A DNA stretch of 64,000 bases from Candidatus Vogelbacteria bacterium (GCA_016215335.1 JACRKE010000037.1:2924-66923); one strand, 5' to 3'. Shown: positions 35,991-45,537, numbered from the stretch's first letter. Notes: generated from the sequence alone by a model not told the origin. Program-made: numbers and translations.

Positions 35991-36287
35991 TTGGCTATGG
36001 AAGACATAAAACAATTAGAACAAAGTACGGATATATTTAAAAAATACGGCGCTAAATACGCCGCTCTTTTCGGTTCTCGCGCTCGGGGAGAGGCGGGGCC
36101 CGACAGTGATTTCGATATTTTGGTAAAACTAGAAAAACCAATAGGGCTGTTCTCATTTTCAAATTTCCAATTGGAACTTGAAGATAGACTTAAACGAAAA
36201 GTAGACCTAGTTTCAGAGGGAGGGTTGAATTCTAAAATTCGCGAATTTGTTATGCGCGACCTTAAAATTTTTTATGGACACAGATAA
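35991..36287 (+). CDS. minimal nucleotidyltransferase (MNT) antitoxin-like protein
   Basis: GSRARGEAGPDSDFDILV (GS-x9-DxD pol-beta-type NTase motif), 98 aa. Confidence 0.7.
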   Translation: MAMEDIKQLEQSTDIFKKYGAKYAALFGSRARGEAGPDSDFDILVKLEKPIGLFSFSNFQLELEDRLKRKVDLVSEGGLNSKIREFVMRDLKIFYGHR

Positions 36288-36612
36288 AGTTTACATCGAA
36301 CATATCATTGAGGCCATTGATGCGATACGGGATTATTCGAAGGATTTAACTCGTGACACGCTGAAGGACGCTGAACACCGAATGGCAAAAGACGCAATCG
36401 TTAGAGAGTTAGAAATAATAGGTGAAGCCTCTAAAAACCTGTCTGATGAATTTAAAGAAAAAGAGGAGGGAACCCCATGGCGAGCAGTTGTTGCCATGAG
36501 AAACAACTTAATCCACGAATATTTTGGGATTGACCTTGAAGACGTGTGGGACACAGTCCAGAACGATTTGCCGAAGCTCAAAATCTCACTCAAAAAATAT
36601 CTCGTTAATTAG
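36274..36612 (+). CDS. HepT-like (DUF86) HEPN toxin
   Basis: R-x4-HEY motif (RNNLIHEYF) near the C-terminus; 14-nt overlap with the MNT gene; classic HepT/MNT pair. Confidence 0.7.
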   Translation: MDTDKVYIEHIIEAIDAIRDYSKDLTRDTLKDAEHRMAKDAIVRELEIIGEASKNLSDEFKEKEEGTPWRAVVAMRNNLIHEYFGIDLEDVWDTVQNDLPKLKISLKKYLVN

Positions 36613-36625
36613 ACGCTACGCTTGG

Positions 36626-36683
36626 CGTTGAATCTTGAAGCTAGAATAGTGCATTATTCCAGTATCTAGTTTCTATTCTCCAA
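36626..36683 (+). repeat. cassette-boundary repeat copy C (CTTGAAGCTAGAATAGTGCATTATTCCAG)
   Basis: 14 nt after the HepT stop; shares the core AGAATRGYGCATTATTCYAG with A and B. Confidence 0.65.
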
Positions 36684-37428
36684 CTTCCTGTTTCCCGTCT
36701 ACACTTAACTTCTCCGCCTTCTTCTTGACGTAAAGTTCATGGGCTACTCCGACCGCACTATTAACTACCCAATATATTGAGACTGCAGCAGGTAATGTCA
36801 TCCCTATAAAGGTAATCATGACCGGAAGGAAATACACCATTTGAGTTTGCATGCTCTTCTGAAAGCTGCCGGAAAAACTCGCCGGTCCAGCTTCGACCAC
36901 CTTACTTTTGTCTAGCTTAGGGATAGAGAGCTTGGCTTGGAAAAACTGCGCGACGCCTGCGAGAATGGCAATTACAATGCTTGATTTTGTAACATCGACA
37001 AACCCAAGGAACATAAGGTTGAGCGAAGGGGGGAATGGAGTAAAAGAGTAAAGTTCGGCGGGAACAATCGCGAGGCCCTGAACAACCCAAAACAGTGCGT
37101 AAATAATTGGAATCTGGATAATCAGCGCGCCAAAGCCAGAAAATGGATTGATCCCGTGTTCCTTATAGAGCGCCATAATTTTCGCCCCTTGTTCTTGTGT
37201 GTTTCCTTTGTGTTTTACACGGATTGCCTCTATCTCCGGTTCTATCTCTTTCATTCTTCGCTGTGATTTCACGGACTTGTGCATAAGAGGGAGAGTAACA
37301 AGCCTGATTACAACTGTAACGATTATTATGGCCACACCTACGTCATTCGTGGGAAGAACTGCCGCTAGCCCGACCAAAAGGTTGTAGATAGGCTGGTAGA
37401 AAATTGTGTGAAATAGGAATGAGAACAT
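36673..37428 (-). CDS. yidC: membrane protein insertase YidC (short form)
   Basis: YidC/Oxa1 core with a 5-TM pattern, in the conserved rpmH-rnpA-yidC context. Confidence 0.8.
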   Translation of the reverse strand: MFSFLFHTIFYQPIYNLLVGLAAVLPTNDVGVAIIIVTVVIRLVTLPLMHKSVKSQRRMKEIEPEIEAIRVKHKGNTQEQGAKIMALYKEHGINPFSGFGALIIQIPIIYALFWVVQGLAIVPAELYSFTPFPPSLNLMFLGFVDVTKSSIVIAILAGVAQFFQAKLSIPKLDKSKVVEAGPASFSGSFQKSMQTQMVYFLPVMITFIGMTLPAAVSIYWVVNSAVGVAHELYVKKKAEKLSVDGKQEVGE

Positions 37429-37497
37429 GAGCTAATTAGTATATAGTAAGACCAATCAGTATATAGTATATAGTATATAGTATATAGTATATAGGGG
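37429..37497 (-). promoter_or_regulatory. same upstream motif before yidC, containing a (GTATATA)x5 tandem expansion
   Basis: rc reads TCTCCCCTATATAC(TATATAC)x4...TACTATATACTAATTAGCTC-ATG. Confidence 0.5.
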
Positions 37498-37508
37498 AGA
37501 AAATTCTT

Positions 37509-37865
37509 CTACGGTAAACCAAGTTTTGTGAGCACTCCCTCAATGTCTCGCTTAAGTTCGTCAAAGGTAGCCAAGACGGCGGGTTTTTTGAATATAAACA
37601 TAATGGTATGGCCGTCTTTCAGGTTCGGTAAAAGTCTGGCTACAATCGCACGGGCGCGACGTTTAATAAGATTTCGTCCCACCGCTGTCTTTTCTACAGA
37701 ACTACTGACAACAAAAGCGAACTTGCTTCCTTCGTTTTCTGTCTTCGTACTCTTGACCAAGAAGAGGGGGGAGTGAGTAGTTTGAAAAACTTTTTTCTTC
37801 GCCGGATCAGAACTAAAAAAAACATCGAGCTCATTCCTTCCCGCCCGATTAACCTTTGGTAACAT
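37509..37865 (-). CDS. rnpA: ribonuclease P protein component
   Basis: 118 aa, basic; RNR-like motif region (GRNLIKRRARAIVAR); position between rpmH and yidC. Confidence 0.7.
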   Translation of the reverse strand: MLPKVNRAGRNELDVFFSSDPAKKKVFQTTHSPLFLVKSTKTENEGSKFAFVVSSSVEKTAVGRNLIKRRARAIVARLLPNLKDGHTIMFIFKKPAVLATFDELKRDIEGVLTKLGLP

Positions 37866-37877
37866 AAAAGCGCTGTT

Positions 37878-38012
37878 CTAAACGGCTAATTTTTTGCGGC
37901 CCTTGCGTCTCCTTCGAAGGAGTGTCGCGCGTCCGGCTGCAGTTTTTTGACGCTCGAGAAAACCGTGTGTTGTTTTTCGTTTTTTTCGCTTCGGATTGTA
38001 TGTAAACGACAT
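37878..38012 (-). CDS. rpmH: 50S ribosomal protein L34
   Basis: Not in the ORF track (44 aa). Minus-strand translation [44 protein letters not shown] matches the L34 consensus; divergent from dnaA. Confidence 0.8.
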   Translation of the reverse strand: MSFTYNPKRKKRKTTHGFLERQKTAAGRATLLRRRRKGRKKLAV

Positions 38013-38175
38013 AAAGTTAGTGTATACTATTTGCACTCTGAAGACAAATAGTTTTTATTTCAAAAGTTTTTCGTAAAAAAAGTTAGACACAGGCAATCCA
38101 CAGACTTATGCACACATTTAGGTAGTTTTCCACAGGGGATAGAGGAGTATACTAAGAAAATTCTAACCATAAACT
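38013..38175. promoter_or_regulatory. rpmH-dnaA divergent spacer with DnaA-box-like 9-mers (candidate oriC segment / dnaA promoter)
   Basis: CAATCCACA 38094-38102, TTATGCACA 38106-38114, TTTTCCACA 38126-38134 (consensus TTATCCACA). Confidence 0.5.
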
Positions 38176-39549
38176 ATGCTAGAAAATAAAAAACTTTGGG
38201 ATGACGTGATTTCACAGATAGAGCTCGGAATTTCAAAGGCGAACTTTAGCACTTGGTTTAAAAACACTTATATTTCAAAGCAGGAAGATGGCATGGTGTT
38301 CCTCTCAGTGCCAAACGACTTTGTTAAAGAGTGGATTTGCAACAAATACCACAAATTTATTCTAAAGATTCTAAGGGATACCAACCCCGGTATACGCGGC
38401 GTCGAATATATAATTCACAAAGAGGACGGTTCGGCGAAACGAGTTGATATGGACGCTGAGGCAGCAGAAAATATCTTCGCCAATCAGCTCAAAATGCAAG
38501 AGATCTATATAAACAAGGAGGACAACCTGAATCCTCGCTACACTTTCGACACCTTAATCATTGGATCATTTAACGAATTGGCTCACGCGGCGGCACAAAG
38601 CGTAGTGCGCAAACCGGGCATGTCTTACAATCCCCTATTTATATACGGAGGAACGGGTCTTGGCAAAACTCATCTCATCCAGTCGATCGGAAATGAGATC
38701 AAGAAGGCTGATCCATCCAAAAAAATCTTCTACATGGGTGCCGAGAAATACGCCGTTGATCTCGTTAATTCCATAAACACAAACAAAATGCATGTGTTCA
38801 AAGACAAATACAAAAGATACGACGTCCTAATTCTCGACGATATTCAGTTCATAGCAGGCAAGGAGCGCACCCAAGAAGAGTTTTTCCATCTGTTCAACAG
38901 TTACCACGACAACAACAAACAGATTGTATTCTCCTCCGATAAACCCCCAAAGCATATAAACGAACTCGAAGAGAGACTTCGCTCAAGGTTTGAGGGTGGG
39001 ATGATTGTAGACATTTCAAGGCCGGAATTCGAGGCAAGACTCGCAATATTGAATGCCAAATTAAAACAAGTTGGGGTTTCGCTTGCCGACGAAGTGGTGC
39101 ACTATGTAGCAACATCCATCCAAGACAGCATACGTGAACTTGAAGGCTCGCTTAACTCGATTGTCTGCCAATCACAACTCAAAAAACGGCCACTGACCTT
39201 AAACGAAGTCAAAACATTAATAAAAAACAATGTTAAACCCCAAAGAACCATCTCAACAAAGGATGTAATTCAGACGGTCGCTGGCTTTTACAATATCGAG
39301 GAGAAAATTCTTTATGAAAAGAGCCGGCGGAAGGAGGTTGTAAAGCCGAGGCAAATTGTTATGTATATTTTACGAGAGGATTTCAACACCTCCTATCCAT
39401 ATATCGGCCAAAAGCTGGGCGGACGCGACCACACTACGGTCATGCATGCATACGAGAAGATCAAGCGTGAGTTAAAGACAGATAGATTACTCGAGCAAGA
39501 AATGGAACAGATAAAAAATATGCTCTACAACGAATACAGTACGGTATGA
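38176..39549 (+). CDS. dnaA: chromosomal replication initiator DnaA
   Basis: AAA+ Walker A GGTGLGKTHL, Walker B VLILDDIQF, sensor and box motifs, C-terminal DNA-binding domain (HTTVMHA). Confidence 0.9.
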   Translation: MLENKKLWDDVISQIELGISKANFSTWFKNTYISKQEDGMVFLSVPNDFVKEWICNKYHKFILKILRDTNPGIRGVEYIIHKEDGSAKRVDMDAEAAENIFANQLKMQEIYINKEDNLNPRYTFDTLIIGSFNELAHAAAQSVVRKPGMSYNPLFIYGGTGLGKTHLIQSIGNEIKKADPSKKIFYMGAEKYAVDLVNSINTNKMHVFKDKYKRYDVLILDDIQFIAGKERTQEEFFHLFNSYHDNNKQIVFSSDKPPKHINELEERLRSRFEGGMIVDISRPEFEARLAILNAKLKQVGVSLADEVVHYVATSIQDSIRELEGSLNSIVCQSQLKKRPLTLNEVKTLIKNNVKPQRTISTKDVIQTVAGFYNIEEKILYEKSRRKEVVKPRQIVMYILREDFNTSYPYIGQKLGGRDHTTVMHAYEKIKRELKTDRLLEQEMEQIKNMLYNEYSTV

Positions 39550-39857
39550 ACAGTATAAGTGTATAGTATAAATGCGTATACCTGTGGAAAAGATGTTAGT
39601 AGCACATCGAAATGTGAGGAAAAATCACTGGAGTAACGGGGGAGACGAAGACGGACGAGTGGGATAAAAATTACAGGTGGAATGCGACTGGGGATACAGT
39701 CTTTATAAATAGAGGTTTTATGAATAAGTTATACACATTGGTGATTAGAGAAAGAACGGCTATATATAAAGGTAGAACAAACTAAGTGAAGTGGTTATCA
39801 ACTTATCAACAACTTTAATAATAACAGTAAGCTAATTATTTAAATAGTACAGACACT
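39550..39857. promoter_or_regulatory. dnaA-dnaN spacer with DnaA-box-like 9-mers and AT-rich stretches (candidate oriC)
   Basis: TGTGGAAAA 39583-39591 (rc of TTTTCCACA), TTATACACA 39729-39737, tandem TTATCAACT/TTATCAACA 39795-39812; AT-rich runs tttataaatagaggttttatgaataag and taataataacagtaagctaattatttaaatag. Confidence 0.5.
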
Positions 39858-40973
39858 ATGAAAGTCGAATGCCTAAAAGAAAAACTGAGGACGGCTGCCA
39901 CAAACGCGGAAAGAGTAACCGGCAAGAATTTAGCGTTGCCGATTCTCGGTTCAATTCTTATTGAGGCCAAAGAAAAGACTCTCCTGATCCGTGCCACAAA
40001 TCTTGAGGTGGGAGTTGAATTTGAAATACCTTCAAAAATTTTAGAGAAAGGCAAAGTGGCTGTTTCGGGCTCACTCCTTAATAGTTTTCTTGGGCTGGTT
40101 GGTGACGGTGATGTTATCAAGATTGAGACCGTGAACGAAAACATGGTTCTTACAACCAGATCAAGCTCGTCCATGATTAAGTGTTTACCCTCTGATGACT
40201 TTCCAACTATTCCAAAGCTTGGCGACTCTAATGTCCTAGAATTGGACGCCGTAAAATTGGTAAACGGTCTCCGGTCGGTGGCATACGCGGCTTCGCTTTC
40301 AGACATGAAGCCGGAAATTTCGAGCGTCTACTTGTACGGAGAAGAGGACGAAATTGTTTTTGCGGCGACTGACTCGTTTCGCCTTGCCGAAAAAAGAATC
40401 AAACTTAAAAGCAGAGAACAGAAGGGAGATCAAATATCAATTATCATTCCTATTAAAAACGCGCTCGAAATCATACGTGTGCTCGAAGGCTTGAACGACT
40501 CTGTGTCTATCTACTACACAAAGAACCAGGTGTCGTTTTCGTCCGGTACGGGCGGAATCTACATCACTTCGCGACTGGTGAATGGTATATTCCCGAATTA
40601 CGGGCAGATCATTTCCAAGGATAAAAAAAGCGAAGTGGTCGTATCCAAGAAGGAACTGCTTAACGCTTTGAAACTCGCTACGGTTTTTACCGATAAATTC
40701 AATCAAGTGACATTCCGCATAATACCCGGGGAGGCGCTGTTCGAAGTAAGCTCGAGGAACAGTGACACCGGGGAGAACACAACCAAAGTTGAGGCTACTG
40801 TTGAAGGCGAAGATATCACTGTGAATTTCAACAACAAATATATTCTGGATTGTTTCAGCTCTATAGAAGAAAACACCCTTGGAATCGCGTTTAACGGTGC
40901 CCAGAGACCGATGGTGATAAGGGGGGTCGGGGATACATCATTTTTCTATCTTGTAATGCCTCTGAACCGATAG
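39858..40973 (+). CDS. dnaN: DNA polymerase III beta sliding clamp
   Basis: 371 aa, three-domain clamp pattern, typical N-terminus (MKVECLKEKL...NLALPILGSILIEA), directly downstream of dnaA. Confidence 0.9.
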   Translation: MKVECLKEKLRTAATNAERVTGKNLALPILGSILIEAKEKTLLIRATNLEVGVEFEIPSKILEKGKVAVSGSLLNSFLGLVGDGDVIKIETVNENMVLTTRSSSSMIKCLPSDDFPTIPKLGDSNVLELDAVKLVNGLRSVAYAASLSDMKPEISSVYLYGEEDEIVFAATDSFRLAEKRIKLKSREQKGDQISIIIPIKNALEIIRVLEGLNDSVSIYYTKNQVSFSSGTGGIYITSRLVNGIFPNYGQIISKDKKSEVVVSKKELLNALKLATVFTDKFNQVTFRIIPGEALFEVSSRNSDTGENTTKVEATVEGEDITVNFNNKYILDCFSSIEENTLGIAFNGAQRPMVIRGVGDTSFFYLVMPLNR

Positions 40974-40979
40974 TAAGCA

Positions 40980-41237
40980 ATGCTAAAGATTGCAGATTTA
41001 ATAAATAGATACACTAAACTTACGGTTCCTGATGGAATTTTACGCGCGAAAGTTTCAGAACTCATTATGCGGGAAATAGGTTTTGATATCCCCGTAGACA
41101 AAATAACAGTTAGAAGAAAAATTGCATTTGTAAATTGCTCACCAGCCATAAAATGTGAATTACAGATTAGAAAAGAGAAGATTCTCTCTAGTCTTATGGA
41201 CGAGTTAGGTAAAGATGCCCCGATAGACATCTCGTGA
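40980..41237 (+). CDS. small protein downstream of dnaN (DUF721/DciA-like candidate)
   Basis: 85 aa; a DUF721 gene is often found at this position; assignment by context only. Confidence 0.3.
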   Translation: MLKIADLINRYTKLTVPDGILRAKVSELIMREIGFDIPVDKITVRRKIAFVNCSPAIKCELQIRKEKILSSLMDELGKDAPIDIS

Positions 41238-41267
41238 TTCACTTGGAAGCTCGGCTTCCAAGTGAAT
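41237..41267. repeat. REP-like palindrome copy (ATTCACTTGGAAGC-TCGG-CTTCCAAGTGAAT)
   Basis: Perfect 13-bp stem; fills exactly the gap between the convergent stop codons of 40980..41237 and PBP1A. Confidence 0.8.
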
Positions 41268-43891
41268 TAATTCAAGGAAATAATTATCGCCTGAGTTGCT
41301 TCACCTTTATTCCCGATAGAATCTGTAACTACTGCTTTCAAAACATTGTTGGAGCCAATGAGACCGATGTCTTGCGGTACAAAAGTGAAACTGTACGGTT
41401 TTATGGTGCTTGATCCTATGTAGATGTTATTGAAATAAAATGAAGCTTGTGTGGTGGGGTACTGGCTCGTGGCCGTTACACTAATCGCTATTCGATCGTA
41501 TGTCCTAAACACGCTCGAAGTTCCTGGAAGATCGAATACAACTGTGGGTCTAGTTGATCTTGAGTGCGAAGTATCTACTGTGGTTGGTATCACAGAGCTG
41601 TCGCTATCAACGTATCCTTGTGCCGCAGCCCAAATTCTTACCGGTGTTTCCCATAGATTAAATTGCGGGTCGTTGCCCGGGTTTGAGGGTTTCGGTCCTA
41701 GCGGGTCATTTTTGTTTACCCAATATAAAATGGAGTGTACGCTTGGCACTACTCTAGGCTCTCTATAATCCTCGGGAGTTTCGGCTGTAGCAAGAGCTCC
41801 TGAAACCTTGTCTATTACATATTCTTGGCCGCCTTGCCATACTCCCCTTAGCACAGGTTTGATGTTTGTCGGAGTGGGTTCCGGTTTAGGAAAAGTTTCT
41901 TTGGGAAGAGAAGGCAGTAAATCTTGCATGAGAGAATTCCAGACAGGGGCCACCACCATTCCCGCCACTTTTTTGTCGATCGGCTTGTTGTCATTGTTTC
42001 CTGCCCAGATACCCACTGCTATATTCGGTGTATATCCCATAATCCAAACGTCTCTGTAATTATTGGTGGTTCCAGTCTTTGCAGCTACTGGTCGGTCGGG
42101 TATATAGAGTAGGGAATTGCTTCCAAACGCCGGAGTACGCGCTTCGTTGTCTGTTAAAATGTCTGTGATCTGTCGTGCTACCTGTTCAGAAATTGCCCTT
42201 TCCGGTTCTGATTGCCACTGCTCAAGAGTATTACCGTCTCTATCTTCTACCTTTATTATACTTGCCTCAGGATTTCTCATTCCATCGTTTGCAAACACAC
42301 TGTAGGCTTCTGTGAGATCAAGTAGTGACACTTCGCCTCCTCCAAGTACCAGCGTGAGGCCGTATCTAGCTGGGTCATCTAATCCGCGTATCCCCATTTT
42401 CTTTGCTGTCGCTATCGAATCTTTTATCCCGGCGAGGTATAGGGCCTTGATGGCGGGAACGTTTACTGACTGGGCGAGTGCATTCCTTATCGTCATTGGA
42501 CCTGTGTATTTGAGGTCATAGTTTTCAGGAGAGTAACATCTACTAGGGTTTGTGTTGCCTATTGGCCTCGAATCGTAAGTGCAGTTTGCGTTGAATTCGG
42601 TCCTTAAGTTAAAGAGAATGGTGTCTGGGGTGTAACCCTTGGCGAATGCCGTGGCGTATACGAATGGTTTGAAAGTAGAACCCGGTTGTCTGTGAGCGAT
42701 TGCGACGTTGAAATTTCCCTCGCCACCCTCTTCGAAGTAATCACGTGAGCCGACCATAACCAGTATCTGTCCTGTTTTTGGATCGACACCGACGATGCTC
42801 ATATTTTTTGCGTTGAATTTGGCCTCAAGTTCCGGTCCGAATTTGCGTGCGTTAGCTTCGGCTTTCTGTTGCATCTCCCAATCAAGCGAGGTGGTAACTT
42901 TAAGTCCGCCGTTGTCTACAACATCTTTGCCGTACTTTTCTTCAAGATACATTTTCACATACATTACAAAATGCGGGGCTTTAATTTTTCGGTTTGCAAC
43001 CGGTGCAAACTGGACATCTTCCGCTTTAGCCTGTTCTTCTTCGTCTTTAGTGATAAAACCAAGCTCTTTCATTCTACGCAATACTGTTTTCTGCCTGTTC
43101 CGGAGTGCATCTATGTGAGTACCATAGGGTGAATAGTAACTTGGGGCTTGCGGCATGGCGGCCAGATATGCTGCTTCAGCTATAGTTACGTCGTTCGCGT
43201 TTTTGCCGAAATAAGCGAGACTGGCCTCCTCAACGCCATATAAGCTTCCACCATACGGACTTTCGTTTAAATAAAGTGCGAGAATCTGGTCTTTGCCGAT
43301 AACACGCTCGAGTTTTATGGCGAGAATCATTTCAACAATTTTTCTGGATACGGACTTTTGTTGAGTGAGGAGCGAGTTTTTTATTACCTGCTGAGTAATA
43401 GTAGAACCGCCTTGGCTGAACCTGCCAGATGTTAAGTTGACCCAAGTGGCGCGGGCTAACGAGAGTGGCTCTATCCCTATGTGATGATAAAAGTTCGAAT
43501 CTTCAATGGCTACAGTCGCGTTTTTTATATTTCTTGAAATCTGGTCACCCGAGACAACTGTTCGTTGTATGTCTTGGTGCGCGTCAAAAAGCAAAATTTT
43601 TCCGGTTTTGTCATAAATCTTCGTCGACTGCGTAATTAAACGTTCATTGAACGAATTAAAGTCTGGGATAGTGAGGGTGGAGACCCATATCATAAACAAG
43701 CCACTCAAAATAAGGATGAACGCAAGCAGGGCGAAAGCGAGTTCTTTCAGATGATGCCGTGTTATTTTCTTTGTTCTGCGCCATAGTCGTTTGGACCAGG
43801 GTACATTATGTGTTGTGTGCGAAACGAAGTCTTTCATAAACTTATTAAAGAATGCTAGCATGATTTTCGGGCTTCTGATAGGTTTGAGCAA
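41267..43891 (-). CDS. class A penicillin-binding protein (PBP1A-type transglycosylase/transpeptidase) with C-terminal beta-rich extension
   Basis: N-terminal TM; GT51 motifs (EDSNFYHH, GGSTITQQV); transpeptidase SxxK (STFKPF), SVN and KTGTT motifs; ~200-aa C-terminal extension. Confidence 0.85.
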   Translation of the reverse strand: MLKPIRSPKIMLAFFNKFMKDFVSHTTHNVPWSKRLWRRTKKITRHHLKELAFALLAFILILSGLFMIWVSTLTIPDFNSFNERLITQSTKIYDKTGKILLFDAHQDIQRTVVSGDQISRNIKNATVAIEDSNFYHHIGIEPLSLARATWVNLTSGRFSQGGSTITQQVIKNSLLTQQKSVSRKIVEMILAIKLERVIGKDQILALYLNESPYGGSLYGVEEASLAYFGKNANDVTIAEAAYLAAMPQAPSYYSPYGTHIDALRNRQKTVLRRMKELGFITKDEEEQAKAEDVQFAPVANRKIKAPHFVMYVKMYLEEKYGKDVVDNGGLKVTTSLDWEMQQKAEANARKFGPELEAKFNAKNMSIVGVDPKTGQILVMVGSRDYFEEGGEGNFNVAIAHRQPGSTFKPFVYATAFAKGYTPDTILFNLRTEFNANCTYDSRPIGNTNPSRCYSPENYDLKYTGPMTIRNALAQSVNVPAIKALYLAGIKDSIATAKKMGIRGLDDPARYGLTLVLGGGEVSLLDLTEAYSVFANDGMRNPEASIIKVEDRDGNTLEQWQSEPERAISEQVARQITDILTDNEARTPAFGSNSLLYIPDRPVAAKTGTTNNYRDVWIMGYTPNIAVGIWAGNNDNKPIDKKVAGMVVAPVWNSLMQDLLPSLPKETFPKPEPTPTNIKPVLRGVWQGGQEYVIDKVSGALATAETPEDYREPRVVPSVHSILYWVNKNDPLGPKPSNPGNDPQFNLWETPVRIWAAAQGYVDSDSSVIPTTVDTSHSRSTRPTVVFDLPGTSSVFRTYDRIAISVTATSQYPTTQASFYFNNIYIGSSTIKPYSFTFVPQDIGLIGSNNVLKAVVTDSIGNKGEATQAIIISLN

Positions 43892-44016
43892 GGAAAAACT
43901 TTTGGTTTTAGCGCTTTTCTGCTTTAATTACGATAAGCGAGGAGCGCGTGGAGATGTAATCATCCACACGACGTCCGAGTCGAAATCGGAAAAAGGACTC
44001 GTGAACTTATTGAGAG

Positions 44017-45225
44017 ATGGACGACAAAGAAAAAATTGTAGATGACTTGCTTGCGCGCAGTATTGCGCTTGTTTTGCCATCTAAGGATGAGCTCAAAAAA
44101 GCATTGCTATCTGGGGAAAAATTGAGGATTTATTCCGGCTATGATGCAACTGCTCCAAAACTTCACCTGGGACATAGTACCAATTTTATTTTACTTGAAA
44201 AATTAAGGAGGCTCGGGCATGAGATTGTTGTACTTTTTGGGAACTTCACGGCTCGCATAGGAGACCCGTCTGATAAAACTGCGGCCAGAGTAAGATTAAA
44301 CGAAGAAGAAGTCGAGAAAAATATAGGAACATGGAAAGAGCAAGTTAGCCCCATCCTTAACTTTGATGATAGTGAAAATCCGGCAAGAATTGTAAGGAAT
44401 GCAGATTGGCTTTCTAAACTTACATTCGAAGATGTGATAAATTTGTCTTCCAATTTTACCGTTCAGCAGATGCTCGAGCGCGATATGTTTCAAGCGAGGC
44501 TTAAAGAAGAAAAGCCGATTTACCTACACGAGTTTTTTTATCCCCTTATGCAGGGTTACGATAGCGTACATTTGAATGTAGATGTGGAAATAGGGGGCAC
44601 AGACCAGACGTTCAATATGCTTATGGGGCGGACACTGCAACGTAAATACCACAATAAAGAGAAGTTTGTGATTTCCACAACGCTTCTCACTAATCCCACA
44701 ACTGGCAAAAAATTAATGAGCAAAAGCGAGGGCGGATATATAGCGCTGAATGACAACCCGCGCGACATGTTCGGCAAGACCATGTCGCTTCCCGATGAAA
44801 CAATAATTCAGATGTTTGTGGACTGCACTTTTGTTCCATTGTCAGAAATAGGTGAATTCGAGAAAGCAATGGACTTGGGAAATGTGAATCCTCGCGATCT
44901 TAAAATGAGACTCGCAGAGGAGATAACGCGGATTTATCATGGCGACTCAAAGGCTTGGGCTGCACGAGATGACTTCAATGCCGCTTTCAGAGATAGGGGG
45001 ATACCACAGAATATTCCTGAGTTCTCATGTAATTCAGGCACGCTATTCATAGACATCGCCACGGAAGCAAAGTTGGTTTCTTCACGGAGCGAGTACAAAC
45101 GCCTAGTGGGGGAAGGAGGAGTTAGTTTCGGTGAGGCAAAAATAGATGATTTCGCTACTGTGGTTGGTCGGGATGGAGTTTTCAAAATCGGCAAACACAA
45201 GTTTATTAAAATAGTCCTGAAGTAA
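44017..45225 (+). CDS. tyrS: tyrosine--tRNA ligase
   Basis: Class I HIGH-type motif (KLHLGHS) and KMSKS (KLMSKSEG); 402 aa including a C-terminal S4-like region. A TrpRS would be ~330 aa. Confidence 0.7.
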   Translation: MDDKEKIVDDLLARSIALVLPSKDELKKALLSGEKLRIYSGYDATAPKLHLGHSTNFILLEKLRRLGHEIVVLFGNFTARIGDPSDKTAARVRLNEEEVEKNIGTWKEQVSPILNFDDSENPARIVRNADWLSKLTFEDVINLSSNFTVQQMLERDMFQARLKEEKPIYLHEFFYPLMQGYDSVHLNVDVEIGGTDQTFNMLMGRTLQRKYHNKEKFVISTTLLTNPTTGKKLMSKSEGGYIALNDNPRDMFGKTMSLPDETIIQMFVDCTFVPLSEIGEFEKAMDLGNVNPRDLKMRLAEEITRIYHGDSKAWAARDDFNAAFRDRGIPQNIPEFSCNSGTLFIDIATEAKLVSSRSEYKRLVGEGGVSFGEAKIDDFATVVGRDGVFKIGKHKFIKIVLK

Positions 45226-45270
45226 TTAACCTAAACAAAAATGGCCCAGAGATAGCCATTTTTGTTTAGG
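45226..45270. terminator. bidirectional terminator hairpin between tyrS and the acidic small ORF
   Basis: aacctaaacaaaaatggc-ccagagata-gccatttttgtttaggtt, 18-bp perfect stem. Confidence 0.6.
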
Positions 45271-45537
45271 TTAGTCAGATTCTTCGTCGTCTATGTCTTC
45301 TTCAAAATAGTCAGTGGGTTCGTCGTTTCGATCTATGCCGTATTTACCCTTGGGCAGGCCGTCGGCTTCTTCGTCGTCATCGAGGACTTCGTCATCTGGC
45401 AGTTCAACCGGACGCTCAACTGCATCGATGCCACCTTCATCTAACTCAACGGGTTCTGCTGCTGGTTTCACCGAATCAGCCTCCTCGTCACCTGAATTAA
45501 TTTTCTTCTTCTTGTCTTCTTTCTTTGCCATATGCAA
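45271..45537 (-). CDS. small highly acidic protein
   Basis: 88 aa (MAKKEDKKKK..., D/E-rich). Preferred over the overlapping plus-strand ORF 45314..45601 because of its clean ATG start and compositional coherence. Confidence 0.3.
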   Translation of the reverse strand: MHMAKKEDKKKKINSGDEEADSVKPAAEPVELDEGGIDAVERPVELPDDEVLDDDEEADGLPKGKYGIDRNDEPTDYFEEDIDDEESD

